Of a stretch of 64,000 bases of DNA, positions 22,960 through 35,000 are shown piece after piece (the first letter of the stretch is position 1; each line of letters begins with the position of its first letter). Source of the DNA: Heptranchias perlo (taxonomy: Eukaryota); the NCBI RefSeq assembly GCF_035084215.1, contig NC_090355.1, forward strand, positions 23,312,001 to 23,376,000. The letters run 5' to 3'. A program made the translations under genes and the position numbers. The notes under the pieces were generated by a model that was not told where the DNA came from, made no database searches, and saw only the letters and a list, made by a program, of their open reading frames with translations.

Positions 22960-23874
22960 GGTGTCCTGATAGTGGGTTCGCCTACTCCACGCCCACTCCC
23001 CCCCACCCAAGTCTTGGTCCTCTCCCTGGCATTACGTGCTGCTTTGACCTGCGGAAAGAGAGGGTGAGAGTTAGTGAGTGGCTGTTGAAAAGATAAGTGG
23101 AAACGTGTAGGGCTTGTACATATAGTACATGTGCTGAGAGCCGGAGAAGAAGTAAGACGGGGAGATGATGAATGTGAAGTGAGGAAGGAGTCCTGTGAGG
23201 AGTTGGTTGTGCAAGTGCTGGGCTGTGGGAAGGGAACGTTATTAGTGTGGTTTGAAGAGGAATTGGTGAGATTTTTGGAATGAGAAAACGAGGTGTTGGT
23301 GTGCCCTTGTGATTGTAGGCTGAAGGACGGGATGGAATTGTTGAGAGTGGTGGAGGAGGGGGTGAAAGAAATGTTGGCAGGTGTTGTTATTGAGAGCAAT
23401 GAAGAGATGTACTCGCTCTTGTGAGATCATTGAACCTCTTCCTATATTGCAGCCAGGCCCTGGGGATGATGCTGCTGGCACTGACCCTCTCAGCCCACCC
23501 TGAGGATGCTGGATAGTGGCCCTGGGGATGCTCCTGTGGGTGCTGGAGAAACAGTACCTCCCCCACCCCCCACCCCTCACAGGACCTCCAGGAAGGCATC
23601 TAAAACCTGAGGGCAGCTATCCAATCATTTGAGAATCCCCCCTCACAGCAGTATGATCTCACATCAGGAGATGCAACCCTGCTTTAAATAGAACTCTAAA
23701 GTCCCGCCAGAAATCGCACCACCTGCCCATTTCCCGACGCGATTGGGTGATCAGTCTGTCAATCATATTAAAATGACTCCCGGGCATTAAAAATCACCCA
23801 GGCCTCACTCTGATGACATCACGTGGGCTTCCCGCCCGCCCATCTCATTCCCGCCCCGAGTTAAAATCAGGGCT
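22960..23874 (-). mobile_element. Older Harbinger remnant (Myb/SANT-like gene end)
   Basis: WLQYRKRFNDLTRA near 23410-23460; acceptor then VKAARNARERTKT at 23048; tttaaatag near 23683; TIR-like AAAATCAGGGCT at 23863-23874. Confidence 0.7.
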
Positions 23875-24334
23875 TAAGTGCCTGGCCTCGAATCTGCTTC
23901 TCTGTTAAAATGCCCGCCTCAGAAGCAACAGGTCTTCTCGAGGTTTTACTGTAGCTGCTGATCTCAGATCGGTCGATCCAGGAGACGGCTCCGCACGCAG
24001 CCACTAAAATTTAAATATATTGAAGGTGTCTGTGGTCTCTGAACATTTTAAATAAGCTCCTGGGGAAGTTTTTAAGAAACGTCCAACAGCTCCCTGTGCT
24101 CTTTCTAAACTCTGAGACTGCGCTGGAATTGTACTTCAATCAGTGCCAAACCTACGTGATGCGAGATTATTTCTTCCAGTGGTCCAACGCTGCTTTTTGG
24201 TATCGGGGCAGAACCCAACTCTGGAATTTAATATTGAAGTTCCAGGACAAGTTCAATCTCTGTTCTTTACCTATTATGCCTTTTGAGGGAGAAGGTGCTC
24301 GTAGGGGATATTATTTCAATTAAGCATTAAGCAA

Positions 24335-24470
24335 AATGGACCCGCTCCACTGTTGCCATGGACGACTCCTCCCAGCCACATCCATCATCCGGAAATATTC
24401 TTTTTTTTTGCTTGGTTACAGACCAATCAAAATACAATCTTTTCTGTTAACATGGTTGCCATCTGGATTT
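24335..24470. promoter_or_regulatory. Possible promoter-like motif cluster
   Basis: X-box-like GTTGCCATGGACGAC (24352), CCGGAA (24389), CCAAT (24423) and a second GTTGCCAT (24455). Motif resemblance only. Confidence 0.25.
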
Positions 24471-24863
24471 ACTCAGCAGATTATTTGCTTCTGTGTGCTT
24501 TGATTGAAATGCTGCTCCGTTAAGGATTTCTCTAAAAATAACTGTAGGCTAGAAACAAACAACCTTGAAAGATTTTTCCGCCTACAATTACGCAGTCCAA
24601 TTAAAATTTGCCATTCTCTTTCAAACACTGTGTATTCCACTTGAGATTAACAAATCCCAACATATTCCGCTGCTGTTTGAAATATTACAGCCGTGATCCA
24701 TAATTTGACTCCATACGCACCAAAAACAGATTCTTTCTTTCCCATGGAACTTATTCATCAAACCAGCATGTAAGTTTGTCTTTTACAGGTGAAAATCAAC
24801 AAGTTAAGGCTTCTGGTTAGTTAATATCAGCACAAAGAGAAATATGCTATTGTTTTAATATAG

Positions 24864-25058
24864 GGAATCTTACAACACCAGGTTATAGTCCAACAGTTTT
24901 ATTTGAAAATTACAAGCTTTCGGAGTTTACCTCTTTCGTCGAAGGAGGTAAACTCCCAAAGCTTGTGATTTTCAAATAAAACTGTTGGACTATAACCTGG
25001 TGTTGTAAGATTCCTTACATTTGTCCACCCCAGTCCATCACCGGCATCTCCACATCAT
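24864..25058 (+). mobile_element. Fold-back mini-PLE, second copy
   Basis: Inverted arms about 24864-24938 and 24940-25014 (few mismatches) matching the PLE terminal repeat; same tail ccccagtccatcaccggcatctccacatcat; flanking direct repeat TTTAATAT (24854-24861, 25062-25069). Confidence 0.88.
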
Positions 25059-27774
25059 GGCTTTAATATGGGCGAGTGAAGGCCTCAAAAATTAGGGCTC
25101 TTCTGCGATCCAGTTTGTAACTTGTGGAAATACATACATGCGGGAGTATTTTGTTCATGCATAAATCTCATGGGATATTTTTGTTTAATCTAGCAAATGT
25201 CACATCAGCTTTATGTCAACCTATTTTGTTCCAATCTATCCTTGTCTATAGGTTGAGTTGAGGTGCAGGAATATGCTTGCAAAAGGTTCAGGCATGCTTC
25301 CCTAAACAAGCCCTGAATATACTCGGGATATGACTTCCACTTCAGTCAATAACTCAAACCAAGAGTTGGGAAAAAAAACCTTACCGTGTGGTAACTTTTC
25401 TTCTCGGATTAACAAACGTGAAAGATTTATTTGTTATGGAATAGCACTTGATGTCAAATAATGTAGCTTGCAGTACATTAGTGCCCTACAGAGAGTCACC
25501 TGACCTTGTTTGACATGACTGCTTGAAAGGATTAACTGCCCTATAATCAATACAGCAATGAAAGGCAAAATAACCAATCTGTTGACCACTTAATTATTTA
25601 AACTGAGTATTCCCACCAGTACTTAGTTTAGCTCATGTTGGGCACAGATAGTTAAAGTACTGCCTTTCCAACGCTTAACCTGAGTACACCAAGACTGTCA
25701 AATAGCCTGCCTACACATTCCCATGTACTTAATGTAACAATTGTTACTTGTTGGAAGTAATGCTTGCAACACAGTAGTGTGGATATAAATTAAGTACAGT
25801 GATGGCTTTCATCCTTTTTGATTTAAATTCTAGTTTTAATACTACGAACATCTTCAAAATGCTTGGGCTTTAACTTTTAGCAACACACAAAGATTTGTGC
25901 ATTCAAAATTAGCAGATATTTAAATTGCAATTTATGTAACTTTTTGATTTTTTTCCCCGTTGATTATAATAAATGCAGTGGAGAGGAATAACTAGATTTT
26001 CATTTTCTTCCCTTTTTAAAGAGCCAGCAATGAGGCGCACTTCTTTTAGAGGGTAATTTTTAAGTTGCTGTTTCTTTTGCAGCATTTCATGTGCAAAATT
26101 GCAGTGGTGTCACCAAACAGAAGGCAATTAAAACCATCGGGCCTGCTGTGCTGAAAAACAGCCATCGTTTTTGAATAATCTCATGTACACAGTTTTAAAG
26201 AGCTGCATAATAGTTACCAGCAATCAGAAAATATTTTTCAAAAAGGGTTGAGGGTGGAAAGGAGAATCGATTAGTCCCATATGATATTGATGTAGATTAG
26301 CTCTGACAATTTCAGTTTGACTTAAGTTTCTTTCTCCTTCTCGTCTGGTTGCTTCCTACCGCTCACCACACTTTTGACCAGGAGGATGTGACTGTCTGGG
26401 CTGTGGACGTCTCAATTCCCGCTGCAGTCGGTACCATTCGACAAGGGTACCGCCACAACAAGGAGACAGGCTGACTTTCGAAAAGGTTCGTCAGCATTAA
26501 GTCGATCTTTCCTTTTTATATGTTCATCTTCTCGGTTGTCAAAAATGTGCAGGGAAGGGGGAGGAAACCTGGCAGTTTTGTCCTCGATGCTGGCACACTA
26601 AAGGAGCAGTTAAATGCTGGAGACTCCGCAAAATACCACAGGGTTGGCAGGTATACGTTCTACAACTGTTCCAGACCATCTTGTGGCTAAACATACATTC
26701 TTTGCGAGCTGAAAGGGCCTATTATAAGATGTACAAATTTCTAACATTCAGCAGCACACACAGAATGGGAAGGAAAGTCTAGCGGAAATACTTCTTGTTT
26801 GAAGTGTTCACTCCCCCCCCCCGCCCAGCCGGCATTCTTTCCTATATATAGAAAATGAATAGATTTAACAATATTTTATTATTTTAACATCAATTTTATC
26901 ACCTGCATGGAGATCTTCAAGTTGGATCTTCCTCCCTGCTTTAACATTCCAGTCACTTTACTCACCAGGAGCATCCCCATGCATCTGGATCACTTGGTTT
27001 ACTGCAATCGAATCAATTGGTCCTTTAGGTAAACATGTTAGAAATATGTAATTTTTGTACTTTAGCACACTTTATCCACTTCAGAAGTCCACATAAAAGT
27101 GAATTATATACTCGGGAGTACTCTGAACTGTATAAACTCAGCTGGTTCTTCTAGGGTTCCTATAATGCCAACAGTTGGGTATAACATTTTATGGTCTATT
27201 ATGTTTCAGTGAAATTCTGCTCTCGCATTTTCAAAATGTGTCCAATTTATTGGCAACAGCTCACGCAAGCAGTTATCATTCACTCACACAGCCTTCTAAT
27301 GGAAAAAGATTTGAGATGAGCTGTGAGAATTATGAGTAGATCATAATGGTGCAGTTCCATAGATCTGGATACATCGGGTATTGATCCTGTGTTGGCATGA
27401 TTTTTGTCTACTGAAGCCAGCAGTGAGTCATGATACTGCGTTCTAGGAAGCTGCTAAAACTGTGTGTTGTGGTAGACTTCTGCAAAGCTTTGTGGCATTG
27501 GACCAGAAGGGGGAAAAAATGTTGAATGTAAATTGTAGGTTACACAAACCACATGAAGATGGATATTCTTCATCTACCAGCATCTTTTCCACTCTGGCTG
27601 CATAACATTAATATTATACAGGGAATCTGTTCTTTGAAGTATTTCTACAGAAATCAATGGGATTTTGGGACTAGATGAGGCCTGGTTTCTATTTAGATAA
27701 TTAAACATTATGTAGAGCTGTAAAAAAGAAGTTATTTTACATTAAAAAAATCACACTAGATAAATTGTAAAAGA

Positions 27775-28166
27775 AAGATTTGCATTTATTCAGCGCCTTA
27801 TCGTGTCTCTCCGAAGTATCTACAGTAGTTTGCATTGAATCAATTACTTTGACAGTGACTGTTACATAGGCAAAGTGACTGCTGTGTGAAGAGTAGCTCA
27901 GTTTTTGGTTGTGTTGGTTGAAGGTGGAATGTTGGCCAAGACATCAGGAGAATTCTCCAATCTTCATCAAAGTGTGCCATGAGATCTTTTAATGTCCACT
28001 TGAACCACCAGAATAGGGTCTCATTTTAACATCCCACCCAACAATACAGCACTCCCTCAGTACTGTAGAGATGTAAGCCGAGATAAATGCTCAAGTCCTG
28101 GAATGGTGTTTGAACCCATACCTTTATGACTCGAGGTGAGAGTGCTACTAACCCAGCCAAGCTGAT
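27775..28166 (-). mobile_element. tRNA-head SINE (SacSINE1/DeuSINE-like)
   Basis: Reverse match to the other SINE copies, including the head. Confidence 0.75.
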
Positions 28167-28655
28167 ACTTTTAAGATTTAAATGTCCAATTAATTGTATT
28201 CAATAACATTCAGGTTTTCGTAGCATAAAATTGCTAAAATAAACATGATTTTTTTTCAATCCCTCCATGTAATCTTGAAAAAATCAAATGAAACAAAGGC
28301 AGTCATTTGGAATGTACAATGTCATCCAGCAGTTTTAAATACCTTAACTGATACAAGAGCTAGAATGTACGTAACCCCCGACTGACCTTACCAATCAGAT
28401 TTTGGAGAAAGAAAGCAAGGGCTGTGATCTGCAGAGCAACACAGTCCTGGGTTCTGACTTGCAGTCTGAAGAGAAACGAAACTCTTGTGCTCATTCTGCA
28501 CTGTCAAACAATTATATTCTGGCTGACTTAAAGCTTTGTTTAATCGACTTTGTGGCTTCAAAGGGGGCACAGGTCCACCACAGCAGTAGAGTAATAATTG
28601 TGCATTAAATGTATAACAGTCATACGCTTATAAAATAGTATCTCACTCAATTTGA

Positions 28656-28974
28656 ATGTCAGCTTGGCTTGTTACCGGAGTCAGAAAGTTGTGGGTTCTA
28701 GCTCCACTCCAGGACTTGAACACATAATCCAGGCTGCCACTTGGAGTATAGTACTGCGGGAGTACTGCATTGCTGGATGTGCTGTCTCTTGGAGCCGCAG
28801 TTTACAATCGCGTCCATCTGCCTATTCAGTTCGATGTAAAAGATACCATTTCTCTTGGTCTCCTAGCAAACTAAAACCACTGGTTAGTTATTGAGTTTCT
28901 GTTTGTAGGACTTTCCTGTGTGCAAATTGGTTGTCATATTTGTTTACAAAACAGTGACTACACTTCAAAAACAT
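28656..28974 (+). mobile_element. tRNA-head SINE split by Harbinger copy 3 (tail resumes at about 31032-31077)
   Basis: gagtcagaaagttgtgggttctagctccactcc head and gtgactacacttcaaaa; the 3' tail continues after the transposon. Confidence 0.7.
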
Positions 28975-28977
28975 CTT

Positions 28978-31028
28978 GGGCTCGAATTTAGCAGGCCTGC
29001 GGGTTCCCAGCGGGTGGTCCTCCGGGAGCGTCGAAAACGCGGACGGCGAAATTAGTGGGTTGCCCACGCGATCGTAGCAGGCAACCCACTAATAGGAATC
29101 AATTACCTGCTCCTCCGGGGTCCACGGCGCTGGCCTGCGCGTCGGTCGGGCTGCGCATGCGCAGTACGATCTGTCAGCTGGAGGCTCTCTAGTTAAAGGG
29201 GCAGTCCTCCACTGACAGATGCTGCAACCAATGGAACAAATTGCAGCATGGAACAGCCCAGGGGGAAGGCTGCTCCCAGTTTAATGATGCCTCACCCCAG
29301 GTATCATCAGATGGGGTGAGGAGGAGGGGGAGGACACAGATCTTCCCCCCGGCGGGCGGGAGGAAGCGGCCTGCCTCTGCCACCAAGAAGGCCTGGCTCG
29401 AGGTGGCAGAGGGGGTCACCTGCGCCACCAACATATGGCCCACCTGCATACAGTGCAGGAGGCGCTGCAATGACCGCAGTAGGTCAGCCGCAGTGAGAAC
29501 ATGAAGTCTTTCCCCTACACTCCGTCTGCCACAACACTGCCCCCACCCCACATATCCTTCGGCACCGCCAACACTATTCTGTCACATCACCCTTCATAAC
29601 CACTCAAACCCCATCCTCATCTTACCTCCACCTACTCACCTCGCCAGTACTCATCCTGCCACTAACACGCAACCCAATCCTCATACAATCTCATTGCTCC
29701 ATCCCATACTTACCCTCCCGTGCATCTCCCTCACGGCCAGCCTCACTCAACCTGCCACCACCTGTGCTGCAGCCACAGGGCATGCATCACATATGTGCAG
29801 TAGGCAGCGTAAGGCAAACGTGTCGTCAGCATGAAGGGGGTGCACAAGGGTGTCTGAGGGTTTGTCATGGGTGTTACCTATATTGAATTTCAGAGCAACA
29901 AACAGCACACATTATATTGACACCACCACTGCCATGTCTCCGCGAATCCTGTCCGTTGTGTCCAATAATGGCCGCTCCTGGGTATCACTATGAGGACCCA
30001 CCACTGATGCCACCCATCGTGTTACTGCAGAGTAGGTGCAGGTGTATTTGCAGGGCTCGTCCGCGCAGACGACTGAGAGACATCGGCGGTGTAGCCGGCT
30101 GCACCCTGGAAGGATGCGGAGGAGACGGTGTGGAGGGCAGTGGTGACTTTGACAGCGACAGGTAAGCAGTTCGTGCTGGGGCCAGCCAGGAGCAGCTCGG
30201 CATGAAAGAGGCTGCAGATCTCCACGACTACATGTCGAGCGAATCTGCGCCTCCCTGTGCACTGCTGCTCGGAGAGGTCCGGGGAGCTGCGCCTCGGTCT
30301 GTGGACCCTGTGGCGAGGGTAGTGCCCTCTGCGATGCGTCTCTCTCTGCGGTAGCCCTCCCTCCTGCTGTGCAGGTGGGCGTGCAACAACACCGTGTTGG
30401 GGGGATCCACGTCTCTGCGGCGGACGGCGTGGACTGCGAGGCTGCTGGGGCTGGTCATGCTCTTCGTCCTCCGAGGGTGTCCACACACCACCCATCTGGC
30501 AGGTGTTGGTCTGAGGGGTTGTGCAGGGTAGGTGGGTGGTTCCTCGGACTGGGGCTGCTGTTTCGTGTCGGTCTGTCCTCTGGCTTGGCGGGGGGTGGTG
30601 GAGGGCAGGGGTTGCCCTATGTGACGCGGTGGCCTCCTGCGTGGGTGAGGGCTCTCCCCCGTGGAGCGCACCTTGGCACCTGCCACAGGCTGCTGGCTGC
30701 AACACGCCTGGTTGAGGAGGGACTGTTTCCCCCAGTGTGGGAAACTCACTGCCTTGAACCGAAAATCCCACACTTCCTCTTTTGACAGCTGCTTCAGCTC
30801 ATTAACTGACCACAACGAGCAAGGTAAGTACTCTCAAGTGGAACCCCGCTGGCTTTAATTGCCTGCGGGATTCCTACCAGCGGGGCTTGCGCGCGCAGCC
30901 CCGCACGTCAGCGCGGTACCCGGAAGTGGCCGGGATTTCGTCGCGATCCGGTCACGTGACCGGATATCGGGATTTTCGGGGCCACCCTGCTGGGAACCCG
31001 CCGGAAACACGATCCCAAAATCGAGCCC
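28978..31028 (-). mobile_element. Non-autonomous, internally deleted Harbinger element, copy 3 (2051 bp)
   Basis: TIRs GGGCTCGAATTT / AAAATCGAGCCC; 3-bp TSD CTT (28975-28977, 31029-31031). Myb exon 1 on + (ATKKAWLEVAEGV...CIQCRRRCND); transposase N-terminal part on - joined directly to its 3' UTR near 30060. Confidence 0.92.
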
Positions 31029-31279
31029 CTTATGTCATGAGGACTTGAAAGGCATGCTCGAAAGTTCATTCTTTCTTACCACAAGCAAAGCCACAACCGC
31101 TCTGCTAAATATTAAAAAGGTCTTATCCCCACATGCATTTAACCCATCGCATTTCAGACCCCACACTTTCCAAATGCAAATTGCACGTCTACTTCTCCTA
31201 GGTGAAACCCAAGGGCCAATATTGTAAGAGGTGGTGTGGCTGCACTTGTTTAAAGGTTCATGGACTGAGGTAGCTCTCT

Positions 31280-32042
31280 TTACAACAGCATGGACCTGAA
31301 GAGGACCCGTTGCAGACTGCATCTCTGGAGCTACTGCTTGGACAACCTGCTTTCTCACCCAACGTGCCACTTGAATGATGTTCAGAGGAGATAGGCACGG
31401 TGCCTAGCATGTGCTGCTGTCCTGAGAAATGCGATCCTCGTGCAGATGGACCCTACCTGGCGCCATTATACACGGCCATAGATCTGTTTGTCCACCGACT
31501 GGTGGAATGGCTAGTTTAATGGCTGCTGTCATATCTTGAAAGCCCTGAGGGACAGCTGCCTGTATCCCAGTCCTAAGTGCCTGTCTATCTTGTCCCCCAC
31601 TGCCTCCAGGCCAGCAGTCTGTGATGGAGGAGGCACCGACAGGTCCTGGGCCACTTGTTTGGTGGGGAAATGTGGCAGGTTCTGATGAAGCTGCAACATG
31701 CTCCATTGTTGCCTGCAAGAAATAAGATCCTCCATGATGTTGCTGCAAATGAGAGATGCACACCTCTAAATGTTACTCCCGACATTTAATGCAAATCCTT
31801 GGACACTCGCCTGCACGTAGATGAGATATTACACAAACATCCTCCTTTTCAAACGAGTACCCATGTAATCTGAGTCCCATGACTCCTGAGGCAGCTACCT
31901 CTGAAGCCTGTGATGGGCAACTGATACATCCTCGGCCGCCACAACTTCAGAAGATCGGCGAAAACCCGAAACCTGGGGTCTCTGCTGCTCCTCTCCTGAA
32001 GTTACAGCGGTTGATTGGGAGAACCCCCAAGGGAATTCCCAG
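31280..32042. mobile_element. Possible old Harbinger-related remnant
   Basis: Decayed reading frames loosely like the Myb-gene last exon, and a gggaattcccc TIR-like end. Weak. Confidence 0.25.
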
Positions 32043-35000
32043 TTCCCTCATTTAATGTGCTCACCGCTGCCTCTGAATTCAGTTGCTGTGCTCAGTCATT
32101 GAATAATTTACATTTACCACACCTTGCTGTATAATTGAGAAGTTAAATCTTGCTTTCTGTGTCCAACGGAGCTTGGCTTTTAAAATACTTTTAAACCAAG
32201 CTTTTTTTTGTACCAAGTTTTCAAATTTTTAAGTATAGTTTTACATGAACTGCACAGGACTGCAGTGCAGTAACTTCAATGCACAAATTATTTCTGGGTA
32301 CTTAGTAGCCATTTTGTTTGGTGGGATCAAAAGGAGAGCTCCGTGGGGCGATGACACTAAGCAACCTCTACTTTAATTATCTGTTTCAAATGCCAAACCA
32401 TTGTGAATCTGGAATTGCTTACTCATTGCTTGTTCGTTCTTATCCCATGAAGAAACCACTTGACAGATTCGAGCTGAGGATCTAAACCTCCCCTCTCTCT
32501 ACCCTGATTACAAATGAAACAATTTCTCTGCACCTGGACCACTGACTACCCAAACTGAGAAATCCTGAAACTCCCTCACAAGGAAGGAACAGTTACTTCA
32601 TAAGACCCTCTCGCAAGTAGGAAATTCTGTAATTCCTGCTTTTGGCTCGCATTTAGAACACAGAAGCCACAAACAGCTAGAAAATAAACACAGCATGTGT
32701 GTGATTATAGAGTGGAGTGCGCTGACTGAAATTATATACAACAAGCCATACTTTGGTTGAAGTGGACTTGGAAAGCTTCCTGAGAGAAGAATAACATTTT
32801 AGAAGTTTTGATTTTGAAAGAGGAAGTACAGTTCAGACACAACGATGGTGGAATACTACTTTAGAGAAAGTAGCTTAATGTAGAAAATTTGAAGGATTAA
32901 TTCTGAACAGCTTATTTCAAAAAATGTCTCAATTTCATGTTCCTGGTTTTTTAAATTCAAATTACAGCTGATTTTTTTTACCAAATTTGAAATGGAACAA
33001 ATGATTTTACAAATAGATTTTTTTTAGAATTTCCTTTCATTTATCAGTACCACTTTTAAAAGTTGAAACCTCTAGAATCCCAATAAAACTTTGAAGGGGT
33101 GTTTTCAGTCGAGTACAGTGATTAGCATGGTATTCGAAGAAGTTTCATATTGAAGCCGGGAGCAAGGATCATTTCAGTTACATATTGTCAACCATTGAGT
33201 TTCTCCAACCACATCCCCATCTCATTTTCTTTCAACAACAAAAAAATGGAAGTTTTCTTGATCTCACTTTGTGATCAAGTTGGCTGATTTTCATCAGAAC
33301 TGCCCGAGAACATCCGCCAATATAGAAACAGCGTCCCGTTATTTTGAGTAAGACTTGTTCACTGGAAGCATCAGGTCGAAAGAGACTGGTTGAAATGATT
33401 TTAAGTCTGGTAACTGCACTCCTTGTGTGGTGAACTCTCTTTTAAGAGGCATGACTTCACTCTTATTTGCTAGAGTGTGACTTTCTTTTCGTTTCTGCCG
33501 GGCTGCTCGGGGGAAGCAAATAAAACTGAGCGGGTGGGTCAACTCTCACTCCGCTCCAGTCCATCTCCTGGTGGGTCAATATTGACAGCTCTCATGCCAC
33601 CCCTGGAGATGCCCACAGTCTCATCTGTTTCACCTTCCCCACTGACAAGAGGAAGGAGACTGGAGCTGACTTTTTAAAAAAAAAATCTAAATGTTTTCAT
33701 AACAGTGATGTTAAACAAGCCAGCTGCAGACTGTGCTACAGGCTGATAGTTCAGAGAAATACACTGGAGCTGCAGAGTTTACGAGGCAATAAATGACTCC
33801 TGCATACTGAATAAATAATGAGGCCTGTGGCGGGAGCCATTTTTGCAGAGTAAATTCAGCTGCTGGGGCATATAATTGTGACTATGCGGCATGGTTTTAT
33901 TTTGTGGTTTTTGAAAGATTTTGTTTCAACACATAGAATTTCGGAATAGTCGAGTTGCATCACCTAATTAATTTGCTCATCCTAATGCTGTTCTTCACTT
34001 CCTTTTTAGAGTGGAACTTTGTTCAGATATGTTATTAGTTTGAGTCTGAGTATGAGTTCTTCAGAGTATTAATTGGGCAGACTGTGGTAAATCCCTCTTG
34101 CACCTGTGCTGACCAGTTTTTCAGAGCTCTAATTAGCTAAGACTTGGCGTATTAGTACCTTTTCGGTATCGTGGCTCTGTACCACAATGCTGCAGGGCAC
34201 AGGCCCACATCTAGAAATTCCCACAAGGAGGAAGTGGGAAGATGTGTAATGGCTGAGCCACTAGGAGCGAAACAGCAAGCAATGGCTCAATATTTCCCCA
34301 TGGGAAGGAGGAGCAAATCAGAAGGCACTTTACTCTCTTGAGTTGTCCTTGTGCACCTCCGAGTAATTAGTCACAGAACAGCACTGACAGACCTACAGAG
34401 CAAGTTACCTGCTCAAACTCAGAAGTGGACTGCAGTGGGTTAAAAAAAGAAGGGAGTATTCTTTTTGAAGTTGCTCAATTTAAAAACAGACTTGGAGAAA
34501 AAGTTTTGAGCACAATAATTCACATGGCTGTAATTTGTACAGTCTCTGAAAACCGTGCATATAGATGATTTTGGGCAACTTGCATTGGCAGCTAGTGTGA
34601 TCGTAGTGCATGATCCCTCCTCGTCCTCTCTGCAGCCTTTGACAGAGTCGACACTACACTCTTCCAATGGGAACTCGCCTGCAAGCAGCCATGAAAGGGA
34701 TGTAGCCACTTTGAGGTAATGATGGTAGCCCCTGAACAGGTTGCTCCTATTTTTAATGTATTTTTCAGCTTTTACAAAGGTTGTTTGGGTAACAAAAATG
34801 CCCAGCATAACCCAATTTTTGGCACAATAAATATGAAGGCAAAACATGAAGTCTGTGGCCAAGTGATGGAGCGCACAACAATCCAACCCCTGTTTGATTG
34901 CTGGCTAGATAAAAGTGATGGAAAGTGGCTCTGCTCGCTGCACCAGGCCATATGAGGTGGCACGGGTGTGCCAAAAAATGGCAGGGCCAGAAGACTTGGC

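Noticed and set aside
30022-30815. Long GC-rich ORFs (249 aa, 195 aa) as novel proteins
   Set aside because: Alternative frames across the Harbinger transposase 5' region; high GC explains the lack of stops.
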